Assembly: GCF_008831285.2 (NCBI RefSeq)
Contig: NC_045138.2
Coordinates: forward strand, 8,804,001-8,868,000
DNA: 64,000 nt
Direction of reading: 5' to 3'
Origin: Nymphaea colorata
Taxonomy: Eukaryota
Both the position numbers and the translations under genes were made by a program. This document shows positions 1 to 12,987 of the stretch, in pieces. The notes below the pieces were generated by a model that was not told where the DNA came from, did no database searches, and saw only the letters and a list, made by a program, of their open reading frames with translations. How positions within the stretch are numbered: the stretch's first letter is position 1; each line of letters starts with the position of its first letter.

Positions 1-939
1 AGGAAATGCTATGCATAGACCTGAAATAATAAGATTTTCCTCTATCTCATAGGCGACTATGTAGAGAAATTAATGTTGATTGAAAAATTTTACAATTTTG
101 GAAGTTTTTGCATTTGATGATTCGAGAACTTAGCCCTTGACGCCATTTTAACCATTGGTAAGTGTTTTTTTCTCTCTTTTTATTTTATTTTATTTTGCTT
201 AGCTTTCCACCTTTTGGTTTTAGCTTTTGAATTTTGATTTTCTTTTTGAGCTAGCCTTCACTCTTGGGGGAATTCCTCACCACCCCAAAAGCTACTACGG
301 AGTTCCACCATTTTGGTGGTTTTGTATAATTTGCATTGAGCAATATCAAGTCTATCAGAGTTTCTTTTGAACTCTTATAGTAAGCATTGAGCCGGTAACT
401 CCCAGACCAGTTGGCCTTAGGGTACCAAGTGTAAAACACTCCTCGGACTTACTTACTCGAATTCAGAAGACTTTAAGAGACTTAATATAAGCAAAATGTT
501 CATGGATTGCTTTTAGCTTCACGGTGTAAGCATAGGTCGTATGCCCAACCGCGCCTGCAGTGCTTTGAACCAGAGGAACAACTACACTCACCTCGAGCTC
601 ATCGCTCAACTTATTTTGCATCTTGCCAAGATCTTTTAGGTCACAAGGGTTTTTTCTTATGGCGTCTCATCCTTTACAAGTGCCCAATTGTCAGGACCAA
701 CATTAATTTCTATACATTAATCTCTCAATTTTATTGAAATTTCTTGCATAGTTCAAGCCAATGCCCTTGCAATTGTCCTCAAGACTTGGGCTAAGTTTGA
801 AAATTTTAGAAATTTTGATGCATTTTTGAAACTTTCTTTAAGGGATGCTATGCCCCTTGATTTGAAAATTGATAAGAATGTGCTTATCAAAACACAATTG
901 TTTTGAAAATTTTTGAAATTTTTGAATTGTAAATTCAAG

Positions 940-2390
940 TATAGAATTTCTTGAAATGCAAAGCATTAATTGGATCAAGGATTTCGACCCCATCTGCGTC
1001 AATCAACTGATAAGAATTGCAAGGTAAAACTTCTTTGATGACATATGGTCCTTTCCAATTTGGTGCCTATTTTCCTTTAGGTTTACTCTTGAGTGGAACT
1101 ACAGATCATAGTACCATTTAACTAGAATTTTTTTTCAATGACCGATTTGACATAATATCAGGTGACTCTCTTGCAATAGACTTCAGCATGCTCTGCCGCT
1201 TATAGCATTTTCTCATCTAAGAGGTCTAAGCAAGCCTCTTTTATACTTGCTAATTGGGAGTTTAATTAGTGCAGCAAATTTTATCGTTGGTTTTTGGACA
1301 TGTAATGGAATGACAATTTTCTTTCCATATACTAACTCTGCTGGTGTAGCATTGGTGGGCGTTCGAATTGTGGTTCGATACGCCCAAAGTGCATTATGTA
1401 TTTTCTCGTGTCAATCTCGGTCTGTTTCAACAGTCCTTTCTAATATACGAATCAAAATCTTGTTGGTTGTTTTTGCCTAACCATTACCATGAGGGTAATA
1501 TGGGAAAGAAAAGAGATGTTGTATTTTGTATTTGTGACAGAGATTGTGCACTTTTTCATTTTTAAAATGAGTACCATTGTCAGAAACGATATCGTGTAGG
1601 ATGCCAAATCTACACCAAAGGTTTTTGTGAATGAAGGATACTACATGTCGTCCTTCGACTGTTTTTAAGGTGATTGATTCGACTCATTTGGTGAAATAAT
1701 ATGGAGCTGCAAGAAAATACCTGTGCCCATTTGAGGTAGGTGGATTGATTGGACCGACCACGTCGAAGGCCCACATAGAGAACGGCTAGGGTGAGTTGAC
1801 TGAATGAAGGTATGTTGCTGGAGCATGAATTGATGGTGCATGCAATTGACATTTGATGCATTTTTTGACAAATTGGTGATAGTCTCTCTGCATTGTGGGC
1901 CAATAGTAACCTGCTCTGACTATCTGCTTGACAAGGGTCTGATACCCTACATGTCCCCTGCAAATTCCTTCATGGGCTTCTTGAATGACTTCTAATGCCT
2001 CATTTGTATCGAGACATCTAGCATATTTTGTGTTGAATCCTCTTCTGTATAGGATGTCATCTAAAATGAAATATCTTGAAGACATGTGTCTCAGAGCTCT
2101 TTGCTCTTTTTGAGACATTTCAGGTGGAAGTGTACCTGTTTGGAGAAAATCTTTGATGTTCTGATACCATGGTGTTTCTCTGTTTTTTGTTTGTAACACA
2201 TATTCTTGTATGACAAAAGATGGTTGTTTGAGTCTTCCGACTTCAAAAAATCTAATAGATTTTCTAGGTTTGAAGGTTATGGTGGAGCCCAAACTGGCCA
2301 AACCGTCTACAATTGGGTTAAATTTTTTTTTGACATGCAAGGGTGTATACTCCTCGAATTGTTTTTGGAAAAAACCTTTTTTTGACATCA
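940..2390 (-). mobile_element. Ty3/gypsy (Tat/Ogre-like) retrotransposon remnant: RNase H tail, integrase zinc finger, core and C-terminus; frameshifted and 5'-truncated
   Basis: ORF 1786-2391 has NPIVDGLASLG (RNase H tail), LYRRGF, HEGICRGH, GYYWPTM and CIKCQLH. Further downstream on the - strand are degenerate integrase motifs ending APNWKGPYVIKEVL...DPINALHFKKFY at about 940. Confidence 0.85.
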
Positions 2391-2470
2391 TTTTTTTGAC
2401 CGTCGCTCCTCTTGGCCTGACCCGCGGATGGTTTGGCCCGTCCCTGGAAAAAATCCTGGCTCCGCCCCTG
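2391..2470. mobile_element. Single terminus of a non-autonomous DNA transposon/MITE abutting the gypsy remnant
   Basis: Ends in GGAAAAAATCCTGGCTCCGCCCCTG, the reverse complement of a CAGGGGCGGAGCCAGG-type TIR common in plant MITEs. No partner end seen. Confidence 0.5.
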
Positions 2471-3562
2471 TTTGTAAGGTCATTCTATAACCTCTTTAAA
2501 GAAATGAGTTCGCTCCTTGGGCATTTTGCCATCCTTTCCAGTGAATCAATAGAATTCATTTTCAATTGAATCCTCTGCAGCCTAGGTCTCGTCGTTCCCA
2601 TAGCTTCTCCTCCATTAATGTCGATATATATATATATGTATATATTGATCCGTCAGGGGCTCATCTCGCTTGTCAACCCTCCAAAACAACTTTTATTTGT
2701 AATCTTGAAATTGCGGTGTCGCACCATTTTGTTTGAGCACCTGTATCTACGCATTCTGCATTGCTTTTGGACGAGTTAAGTAAAGGAAGGTGCTCTCTTT
2801 AGGGAGGCCGTGGTTATAGTCCTTCGTCTTTCGGAGTTTTTCAACAACCGATTAACAATTAGGGCTGCAAAATATATCGGATCCAGGATATGAGTATGCC
2901 ATTTTTCTGATGCATTTGGCTCACCATGAGCCCATTGATGCTCCCTTTGGAAACAGTACTGGGAAAGCCTCACTTGAGCAAGTACTAAACCTAAAAGGAT
3001 GCGTTTCTCCTTGTTTTCAACTCGTAGACCCCAAATATTATAATGAATATAATATGAAGCCTAGAAAAGAAAAAGCGACCAAATTTCCAACCACCAAAAC
3101 AAAATTAACAACTGCCTTCATCCTTTATCACCTATGGCTCAATCGGATCTATTTTCATTATCGAATTGTTCTTGGCACCATCATCCATATAAATTCCTCC
3201 TCATTTGATCGAGCTCAAAATTTTACATTTCTACCTCTAAAGCACGACTATATCATTGTTGCAGCGAACATTTTTAGAACTTCAGGCTCTTCCCAGCATC
3301 TCAAAGAGGCATTAACATGCAACAATGAACCTACAAAACAGGAGAAAGATGAAAAAGAAACGAGACACAATGGTGAGAGTTTAGGGATGTTTGCGGTTTG
3401 CTTCAAGGAGGAGGCCTAGATTATACAACTGAACTGATCAATTGTTCCTTTGAACTGTCCTCTGTTAATAGAGGTCGTGGGCTTAAATAGATGTGTACAT
3501 GACATACCTTGGTCATTCCCATTATGCCCAGTCTACCAGTTTCATGGCTAGGGCAATTGATA

Positions 3563-3775
3563 AGAAAAAATGAAAATGCGAATTAGGGGAGGCGATTGCG
3601 ATTTGCGCTTGACCTAACGAGCCGTCGGGCTGGGCCGGGCTATAGAAACGATAACCGGGCCCGACCCGTTAAGATCTCGGGCCGGGCCGGGCTTACTAAA
3701 GTTGAACCCGATAAGAGATTTTTTCAACCCGGACCCGGCCCGGGGCGTCCCCTAATTCGCATTTTCATTTTTTCT
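3563..3775. repeat. Perfect 28-bp inverted repeat enclosing GGGCC/CCCGG-rich DNA (MITE-like)
   Basis: AGAAAAAATGAAAATGCGAATTAGGGGA at 3563-3590 is the exact reverse complement of 3748-3775. Confidence 0.75.
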
Positions 3776-6342
3776 CCATCGAGGGAGGCAGAGCTTCAGA
3801 GAGAAGAGAAGAAAGAGGAAGAAAAGAGGAGAAAGAGGCAGAGCTCCCTCTACGCTCCGACTCTTCTTCGTTCGTTGTCTTGCTCACAACTCTTGGGAGA
3901 AGAGGGGAAAGAGGAAGAAGTTGTAGGAGGAGAAGAAGAAGAAAGGGAAAAGAGGGTTATCCACTGAAGATAGCAGGTTTTTTTATGTTTTTCCCATTTG
4001 CTGTTAAGTACTCGTCTTTGCTGTATCTTTCATATCTTTGGGTTGTATCTTGTGCATTCAGTGCTTACGGTTTTGGGTATGCGAGAAATCTTGCTAGGAT
4101 GGCGGTGGCGGAGTTGTTGCTGGGTGGTCGATCCTATACAAACGGCGCTCCCTGCCTGCCTGCCTCCTCTTCTGGTTTAAAGAAGATGGGGGTGGGAACG
4201 GCCTGAGCCCTCCATGAAATCTCTCCCGAGGGGGGCTTCTGCAGATCTGATACGATGGCATCTCGTTGGTGATGTTTACTAACCGCTCGAAGGAGAGATG
4301 CTTTCGCCTTTAGGGACCACCAACTAGAGTCCCGCCTGTGCACTGTGCAGGTCGGTTGCATAAACCCTAGCAACATTTCAGGAAGAAGAAGAAATCTTGG
4401 ATGGGGAGGAAAATACGATAAGAAACCGACCCGGCCCGGCCCTTCAGTTAACAAAACGGGCTTGGCTGGCCCTCGGGCATGGTCGACCAGGCCCGGTACC
4501 CGGCCCGCCCAGGCCTAACCTGTTCAATCATATGCAGAAATATACAGTAATTTATCAAATATTAGTGTTATCAGAGACTATAGGTCCGTAATCCGTATCA
4601 GCTGCTTCGTTCGGTTCAGCACCTAATCAATGTAATATGGACCAGAAATTGGCCGATACCAGGTCTCGTATCGGCTGAACAGACTGATAAAATTTTGATG
4701 AAAACTGTTTTAACGTTTAAATACATATTTTTTAAAGGCTAATATGCTGCACACTGCCCAAACGCAATATTGCTTTTATGGCCTCCCATTTTTCACGACA
4801 TTGAGTTGAATGACGTTCAATTTAACCTGATTTTCTTCAATTTAATCGATGACTTTAAGTCCACATTTCAGCGGTAACAGAAAAAAAAAAAAAACATCAA
4901 GAACTGTTTTTTCTTGTTGAAATTAAAAACACAAATTTAACAAAAACATAGAAACTTTCCTCGACTATGATCCCTTCTTTTCCCTTTTTTATGTCAAATA
5001 AGAAAGCCCTGTCCATGTTTGATACGTTTTAGAATAGTAAACAGATATATATTTTGAATTTAACCACGTAGGTTAATTTCAAATAAATTTTCTTGAAGCG
5101 ATAAAAAAACAACATTATAGAATAATTGTATATTTTTTGTTATATGTATAGGTAACCTGATTTAACCGCGCGCCTATATTTCTTGGACCGCATAAGCCTT
5201 TCTTCTTATTTTTACTATTAAGAATTGAAAATTTTAACAACTTTGAAACTTAAATTTTCAAATTTGAAAGATTGTTAATTTTACGACTTATTTTGTATCA
5301 CGGCAGCGAAAGAGAGAGGGCTATGAGCTGAAAGCTCCTTCTTTTGCAACTGCACTGTCAACGTGATTCACTCAATATAACGGAAAAGAGAAAAAGGAAC
5401 CCTTTTTTCTTCTCTCAAGCAACTACCTACCAAATTTCCAAATTCCATTCTTTCCACCCGTTGGAACAAAAAAAAAAAAAACAAGCGAAGACTTTCTTGA
5501 TTGCCCGACATTTTAATATGATTTCAGAAACCTATTGACTATTTTATTATTTTTCGGAAACTATGTCTGAAACAGGTTGTTTTTTTTTATGAAAGGCACA
5601 TATCATAGGATGGTCATACCCTTTGGCAGTCGTGAGTAAAAAGGCATAACTGCCCCATATTAATATGGGGATTGAGACATTGTGTTCTTTTACCACGTAA
5701 AATGACATAAGTCGCCCTCCAACTATATCTGATTTTAGCTTGTCTTATCCATCCAACTACAATGTCAGTATAGCTAATTAAAACAATAATAAGTAATTAA
5801 GGGCCTGGGCCTGTTTCGTTGACACCCTAAACCGTTATTTTAGAAGACAAAATGGTCGAAATTAGATTTTTCATAAATTCAATATTAATAAAACATGTGT
5901 TGCTTGAATAACTTAGCCCGCTCAAGTTTTTCACAAGAAACTCATGTCTTATCTCCCAAAGACATAAGTCGTGTTTCAAAAATTAGTTAAAAAACCAAAT
6001 TCTTACAAAACCTAGTTTATCGTCTCAAGGTATTGTCCAAACCTAAGTAGACTTGAGCTCGTTTTAAGTTCAAGTCAAGCTGAGTCTAATTGAGCCATAT
6101 ATTTAAAAAGTTTTATTCAAAATAAAAGAAACAAATGATGTTGAAATGATAGTTTACTTTATAAAACCAAAACAGAGAATCGAGTATAACAATAGAATTT
6201 TTTGTATTAGTAATATAAAAGCTTTAATATATACATTTAAATCAATTTGCCAAGTCCAAGAGAACCAAACTAAAGTGTGTCGAGCTCTCGATTCATCTTC
6301 AAAAAAAAAAAAAAAAAAAAGAAACCGAGTTACATATTTTTT

Positions 6343-6435
6343 TAAGGGTGGGCATTGGGCCAGGCCTATCGGGCCCGAGACGGAGCCCAATCGGGCTAGG
6401 CCGGGCCGGCCCAGCGGCCGCCTGGCCCAGGCTTA
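6343..6435. mobile_element. hAT-MITE-like terminus with clustered GGGCC(C) motifs about 500 bp upstream of the GH17 ATG
   Basis: TAAGGGTGGGCATTGGGCC... followed by repeated GGGCC/GGCCC; a similar start (GGCATTGGGCCGGGC) occurs at about 13000. Confidence 0.4.
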
Positions 6436-6915
6436 GTTTTTTTACCAGTCACGAAATTATGTCTAAACTTACCTTAATTTTTTTACCAGTCACCAGATTA
6501 TGTCTAAACTTAGCGGACCCTAGATGAAAATACTTTCTGAAGCAATAGCGTTTGAAGGAAAGTGACTCCACGCTGGACCTACAGGTCGGGCCGAGGCACA
6601 GGGTGCGGACGGCCGTGGATGACAGCTCTTCTTCGCAGTAACCGATTGTTTTACTTTTACCGCCATCAAAGAGAATCCAAATAGTCGGAGGGAGAGAGAG
6701 AGAGGGAGGGAGAGCTTTGAGAGCACGGAGCAGCCCAAGTGTCTCCTCCTACCTTCCTGTCCTCGATTCTGGCGTTCCCCATCTGTCCATCGCTACCTTC
6801 CAACACAAAGCGGCAGCTAAAGGAGAAATTAGAAGAAGATTCACGGCGAGAGGTACTCAGGAAGTGAAACTCAACAGTAAGCCGCGGCCTGTGATATCTC
6901 CTTTGTTGGTAAACC

Positions 6916-9206
6916 ATGCCGCCGGAAATGCCGCCGGCGGTTCTCCCCCTTCTTCTCTCCTTCATCTTCCTGCTCCCTATGGTCTCAGGTACGTACTCCC
7001 AACCGCATCAATCGCAGTCTTTTAGGTGCTTTTTTTCCACTTCTTTTCCTCCTCTGCTTTTCTGGGGTTTTCTTCTTTTTCTGTTGGTTTCTCTGCTCGT
7101 TGCTGAAACAAGATTTGTTCATGGAGAAGGGGCGTTCGTGGGGGTTAACATCGGCATGGCTATGGCTGACCGGCCCAAGGCCGAGGAGGTAGTGAGGATC
7201 CTTCAGGACCAGGAGATCACCCACGTCCGCCTCCTCGACCCCGACCGCGAGCTGCTGAAGGCCCTCGCCGGCACCGGCATCCAGGTCATGTTAGGGCTCC
7301 CCAACAACGAGCTCCTGCGCGTTGGGCAGTCCCGGGCTGCGGCTGCCGATTGGGTCAAGCGCAACGTCGCCTCCTACCTCCCTGCGACCAACATCACTTC
7401 CATCGCCGTTGGCAGCGAGGTGCTTACCGTCATTCCTAATGCTGCGCTCGTCCTCTTCCCCGCGATGAGGTTTCTCCACTCGGCGCTCCTCGCCTCCAAC
7501 CTCGACTCGCAGGTGAAGGTCTCTACTCCTCAGTCCATGGACATCATTTTCCAGCCCTTCCCGCCCTCGGCAGCCACCTTCAACTCCTCCTGGCTTCCCA
7601 TCCTCTTCCCGATTCTCCGTTTTCTGCAGAACACTCGCTCCTTCTTCATGCTCAACGCCCATCCTTACTACGGCTATGTCAAGGCAGGCGGCATCTTCCC
7701 CCTCGACTACGCGCTCTTCCGGCCGCTCCCCTCGGTCAAGCAGATCGTCGACCCCAACACCCTCTCTCACTATAATGGGATGTTCGATGCCATGGTCGAT
7801 GCCGCCTTCTACTCCATGGCAGCTGCCAACTTCTCCACTATCCCCATCGTGGTGACGGAAACGGGTTGGCCGTGGCAGGGCGGTACGGGGGAGCCAGATG
7901 CGACCGTTGAAAACGCTTTAACCTACAATGCCAATCTCATACGGCGAGTGATCAACGACACCGGCACGTCCGGCCGGCCGGGGGCGGGAATCGGCACCTA
8001 TATCTACGAAATGTTCGACGAGGACATGAAGGCAGGGCCTGTCTCTGCCAGGAGCTGGGGGGTCTACTTCCCTAACGGGACGGCGATTTATTCTCTGGCG
8101 ATTGGCACCGGCGTGACGACCAACACCACCTCCGGCCCGGTGGTGTTCTGCGTGGCTCGGCCAGACGCCGACCCCGTGGCATTGAAAATGGGGCTTGACT
8201 GGGCCTGCGGCCCTGGCTCTGCGAATTGCACGGCAATTCAACAGGGGCAGCCCTGCTTCCTGCCTGACACCCTCGCCAGCCACGCTTCCTACGCCTACAG
8301 CGATTACTACCGCAAGACGGTGACCGCCGGTGGCACCTGCGACTTCAATGGCACAGCGACTCTCTCTTACTCGGATCCCAGTGAGTGCACCCCCTCTCTC
8401 TTACTCTGAAACTTGAAACCAGGAAATGTGACGCCAGAAGCTTGCTTAATAAAGAAGACCGAGATCGTGAGGGCTGGGAAAAATGATGGGACACGTAAAA
8501 TCTATAGTTTTACTTTTACTTGAATGGCGATTCCAAAGTCTGGATTTTTTTATCTCCTTTGTGATGGATTTCTAATTTCAGATATCGAGATAATTAACTT
8601 TTTTTCGACGACAGTGAAATCCGTGATGGTCACGTGGATTCGACGTGTTTCTTGGGTCCCTTTTATGGATTCGAGACGCGGTAGATGTAATAATTTTCAT
8701 ATCAAAACACCCTTGACAAATTTATAAACAATATGATGTGCCATTTAGCCATTTCACTGTACTGTAGTGTCCAGAATGTGCTTGTGTCTTAGGCCCTCCG
8801 GAACTTCCAGAGAAGTGAGAAACTAACTTCTCAAACTTATCTTCTTCGAAAATGGCTTGCTGGGTTTGAAGTTTAAATTTGTTTCTTCCTTTGTTTTCAC
8901 TTTTCTGACAAAGCTTAATTAAGCAGTTAATTTTTCTGGTAACAAGACATTAGAACCTGGTTGGGGGCTTCATTCTCGTATTGCGGCTAGTTAAAAAAGT
9001 TGAAATCCGTGGAAGGGTTACTCCGCATTACTTCTGTAGTTCCGAATGGTACATGAAACCAAGCTAGAAATATTCATGGATTTCTATTCAGTTGTGATAC
9101 TAATCTCTCTGTGTTGGGCAACTGTCTGCAGGCCATGGAAGCTGTGTTTATGTGGGGAGGTAAGTTCACCTTTAATGCTCCTCGTTCAACACATACACAC
9201 ACACAT

Positions 9207-9255
<49 letters not shown>

Positions 9256-9575
9256 ATCTGCCTTCTGTCAAATAAAGTACTTGCCATAATAAATAGCAAG
9301 CCAAGGGTTTCTCATCTCTGTGCATTTTGCTCAGCAGCTCGGGCTCCACAGCTACTCCTGGAGGCAGCAGCGGCGGCACCGGAGGAGGGGGTACTGCAAT
9401 GGGTCCAACGGCAATGCCGCCATCTTCTGGGGGTAATTCCAGATCCCCCCTCGTCTCTCACTTCTGCATTTCTACCTTGTGGACGAGTATCTGGGCCCTT
9501 CTGCTCGTCTCTGTAGCTTGTAGGCCCCTCCCCTTGGGGACCCAGTTTTGCCTTGTCCGTGCATCCGTAATTTGA
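6916..9575 (+). CDS. Glucan endo-1,3-beta-glucosidase (GH17 catalytic domain + X8/CBM43 + Ser/Gly-rich linker + hydrophobic C-terminus), similar to the Arabidopsis At3g13560/PdBG1 clade. Exons 6916-6988, 7130-8380, 9132-9159, 9335(or 9338)-9575; about 530 aa
   Basis: Signal peptide, then AFVGVNIG, ITHVRL, IAVGSEV, PFPPS, VVTETGWP, TYIYEMFDED; X8 motifs FCVA..LDWACG..NC..IQQGQPC..TCDF..DPSHGSC. All three introns are GT-AG, phases match, and the exons sum to 1593 nt. Confidence 0.93.
9209..9252 (+). repeat. (GA)n microsatellite in GH17 intron 3
   Basis: Direct reading. Confidence 0.95.
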
Positions 9576-11003
9576 AAGGTAGAGAGAGAATTCATGATGT
9601 ACTTATTCGAATTCTAATGTTTATGTATGATATCTGTAAGAGGTCAAGCATCAGTGAATGCAATTCATTACAACCTTTCCTCTTGTATACAATCGGTTAC
9701 TTTTCTTTCACTGTCCCCACTTTTACTCTTCATGTTGTAAATGGAGCTCAATTAATGGCGTCTTGATTTGTTGGTGTTTCATGTGGGAGAGGCACATTCC
9801 CAGATCGCCAAAATAAGCCAAGGGGAAGAAGAAGTGTGGGAGAAAGAGCAGAGTCAGTTTCTGTGTAAAGTTAACACTGCTTCGTCTGTAGCTTTTAATG
9901 ATGCAGTCGAATGACGACTCGACCTGCGCATTAAGCGAGCGACCGGCGAATATTGCTTGCTTTTAGCTCTCATTGAAAATTGATGGTGGGAGTAAAGTTC
10001 TCTGGCTTTGAAGTGCAGGTGAGGGAGAATGGTTGACAAGAACACTCTGCTAACTTTAAAGGCGTCTCCTGGCTTGCACTGCAGCTTCCCATAGCTAATG
10101 GCTCTGTGGGCCCCCGCCTTCTCTTGATTCTACGGTTCACGGAGTTCGATTTCGTCTCTGCAGAGAGGTGATAGGTGGGCACTTGCAGTATCCACCGTCA
10201 TTTTCTTGCCTGCTTGGTGTAATGGGAAGCGTTGGGGATTTCAATGGCGAAACAATGTCCAAACAAGGGGAATCTTTCTTCGCTCGCATACTTTGTGCAA
10301 CTTTGGAAAGTTAAACTTTTATAGGAGTAGCGGGGTGAAATGTTTTTGAAGGTGTATTGAAGGGTGAAATTTCGCCTGCCAACACGTCCTCAAATGGTAA
10401 CACCATTGAAATTTTTCACGAAAAAATTCATCCCTGTTAAGACAATTCAAAGGCTAAATTTCAAACAAAGATGCATTTCTTGCGGTATTTTTAGAATACG
10501 CTGCTGATGCGTTGGATTTAATATGTTGATATTATTGGGATACTTCCTTTATGTGTCTTTACCGCAGGAGAAACGATGTTATTGAGAAGCGAGCAAAAAC
10601 TGCATATGTTTTTTGCTATAGAAGGTGTTAAGCGTGAGCAAAAACGATTGAGGGATTGGTGGACAAGTTGTGATGACAAAGATAGGTTGAAATGGTTAAA
10701 AGGAGTATATTGCATGCTTTTAAAGTCTAAGACTTTATTAAAGAGGAGACTTTATTACGTGCTTTTAAAAAGGAGACTTTATTAGACGCCTTACAAAATC
10801 TTCAACACTTGGGAGTGAGAGGGCACTTCGTAAGTGGTTAACTGATAGTGGGTGGAAAAAATATTGAACCGGGCTCCTTATTGGGCCCCGACAGTTACTT
10901 TTGGCCCACTATGCCTAAACCATGGCTTGGGCTCAGGTTTATTTTGGACCGGGTACCGAGTACTAGATGGGTAACACCAACCATTCAATATATATGTTTT
11001 TAA

Positions 11004-12018
11004 GGCCATGTTTTGATGAGCTGAAAATATCTTGTAGAAATAGAAATAAAATTCATTTTTTTTTTCTGCCCGTCAAACTTGAGATAAGAAAACTTGTTGG
11101 GTTGATTTTTATAAACTTTATTTCTAAAATTTCGTCCCTCCCCAAGGGGCAGAAAAAAATTTATAGGATGAAAACAATGCCCGTTGATGAGCATGAGTAT
11201 CCATCACAGCTGCATTCCTCCCAGCTTCAGCCTCACCAGGCGGTGCATCTCAGCCACCCACCATTTGAAGCAAGGAAGACTATAATTATGATGCTCAAAA
11301 CAACAGCCTCGGCACCCTCTTCTTAGGTTTCTGGCGACCCATATTATAATCACGACCAAGGGTTTTTGTGCCCAAGGTTAGAGAGGGAGAGAGAGAGAGA
11401 GAAAGAGAGAGGGACAGAAATCCCGGCCGACTCTTGCGACGGCTGGCCACTGTTTTTTTTGGTGACAGAAAAATAAAACCTAAAACGGAAAAAAATAGAT
11501 CAGAAACCCATAATCTCTCAGGCATTTCATCAATCGCCGGTGGTTGATCACAGCCATTTCTTCAGTCTCGGGTCCCCAGCCGTCAGTTGTCAGACCCCAT
11601 AGACAGCTTATCCATCTCTAGCCGCAGCTCGTCAAACGCTCGACACAGTGAAGTAGAAAGAATGATAGAATGCAGACGAACATGAAAAAGGGAAGAAAAA
11701 AAAAACATTGAACCCTTTTCATAAAAAAATTTCACTTCAGCCCAATATTTTTTTATTTACAAAATTATTCAGCATCCTTTACCAAAATTAGTTAGATGCC
11801 CCATGATTTTTAAATAAATTCCAAACTTCTCCTTATTTCCAAGGATCCACATTTTATCGTTATTTATCTGAGAAACTTGTTTCCAAGGATGTCAATCCAG
11901 ATCTATCAAACAACCAGCCATTTTGAAACTATGCATTTTATTTTCATTCTACTATTCTAGAATTTTGTTTTTGGGAACCTCTTTCATATTCCACAATTCC
12001 TGGCTGTCAAACGTTACC
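11004..12018. mobile_element. Putative PIF/Harbinger non-autonomous element (about 1 kb)
   Basis: TAA on both flanks (11001-11003, 12019-12021); imperfect TIRs GGCCATGTTTTGA / TCAAACGTTACC; AT-rich subterminal arms around a GC-richer interior. Confidence 0.45.
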
Positions 12019-12239
12019 TAAAGGTAAGAAATTTGATGGTAATATGCTTTAATTTTTGACAAGCTTCTACCATTTATTGGAATTTTTAACTGTTTAAGTT
12101 CTTGCTATAGAATAACTTTAGTAGTCTTTTGCTGTCATAGTCTATGATAATGGCGAGCAATTTCTATGATTTGCTGTCATAGTCTATGATAATACCTCAT
12201 AAGTCCTAATATACTATGAATTATACAGTCATAATGAAA

Positions 12240-12900
12240 ACAACTACAAGTGTCAACTTAGTGTTCTTCCTGATATGGCTTGTCTAGTTAAGAGATAAAC
12301 ACGACCTGATATGGATTTATAGCCGTCTTGAATTATGTGAAGTTAGAATCTCTATACCAAATGATCTATGACTAGTCCAACTTCCATATGTGAGCACAAA
12401 ATCCTTCATTCTATACAAATACTATATTACCTATTTGGTTGCCCTCAATTGATCCACCCCGAAATTATTGAGATATCTGCTTAAAATCTTATAGGAATCT
12501 TCTAAAAATCCTATAGATATATGCAATATTTAGATGTGTATAAACCGATCATATATTAGACTCCTAATAGCACATGCAAAGAAAATCAATTCTATCTCTT
12601 AAAATTCAACTTTATTCTTGGGACACTGCCAAAGACTAAATTTACCTCCTTTAGTAATATGAGTATTTTCTACCTTACAATCCTTCATACGATTGCTTTT
12701 CGAGCGAGTAAGAGGTTGACAACCTCCTGCCTGAAAAAGAGACATGAGAGCCCCCCATTCCTTGTGCCCTTGGGTCATGGTCTTTTAAGGTTGAAGTTGA
12801 AAACTAACTCAATAAAAGAATTAAAGCTATTAGATCTTACCATGGTAATGAATACTATGAGTGATTTGATCGATTAGGTGAACAATGATATCATTGTTTG
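12240..12900. mobile_element. Highly decayed Ty1/copia (Angela-like) fragments: RT on the - strand (about 12240-12670) and integrase on the + strand (about 12784-12860)
   Basis: The - strand reads ITKGGKFSLWQCPKNKVEF*...AIRSLIY (compare KGDKFSLNQCPKN...AVGSLMY). The + strand reads FKVEVEN*LNKRIKAIRSYHGNEYY (compare FKAEVENQLNKRIKAIRSDRGGEY). Confidence 0.7.
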
Positions 12901-12987
12901 CTTTATAGCAAACTGTGAATTCTACAGTAATACAATATCATCCCTTAGTTATGAACCGACAAAAAGTCAAGTATTAGACTCTTTCAT

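Noticed and set aside
2910..3419. 169-aa ORF as a real gene
   Set aside because: No recognisable domain and mixed composition; cannot be supported without homology or expression data.
6985..8283. Antisense ORFs of 79-159 aa overlapping the GH17 gene
   Set aside because: Shadow frames of GC-rich coding sequence with no recognisable motifs.
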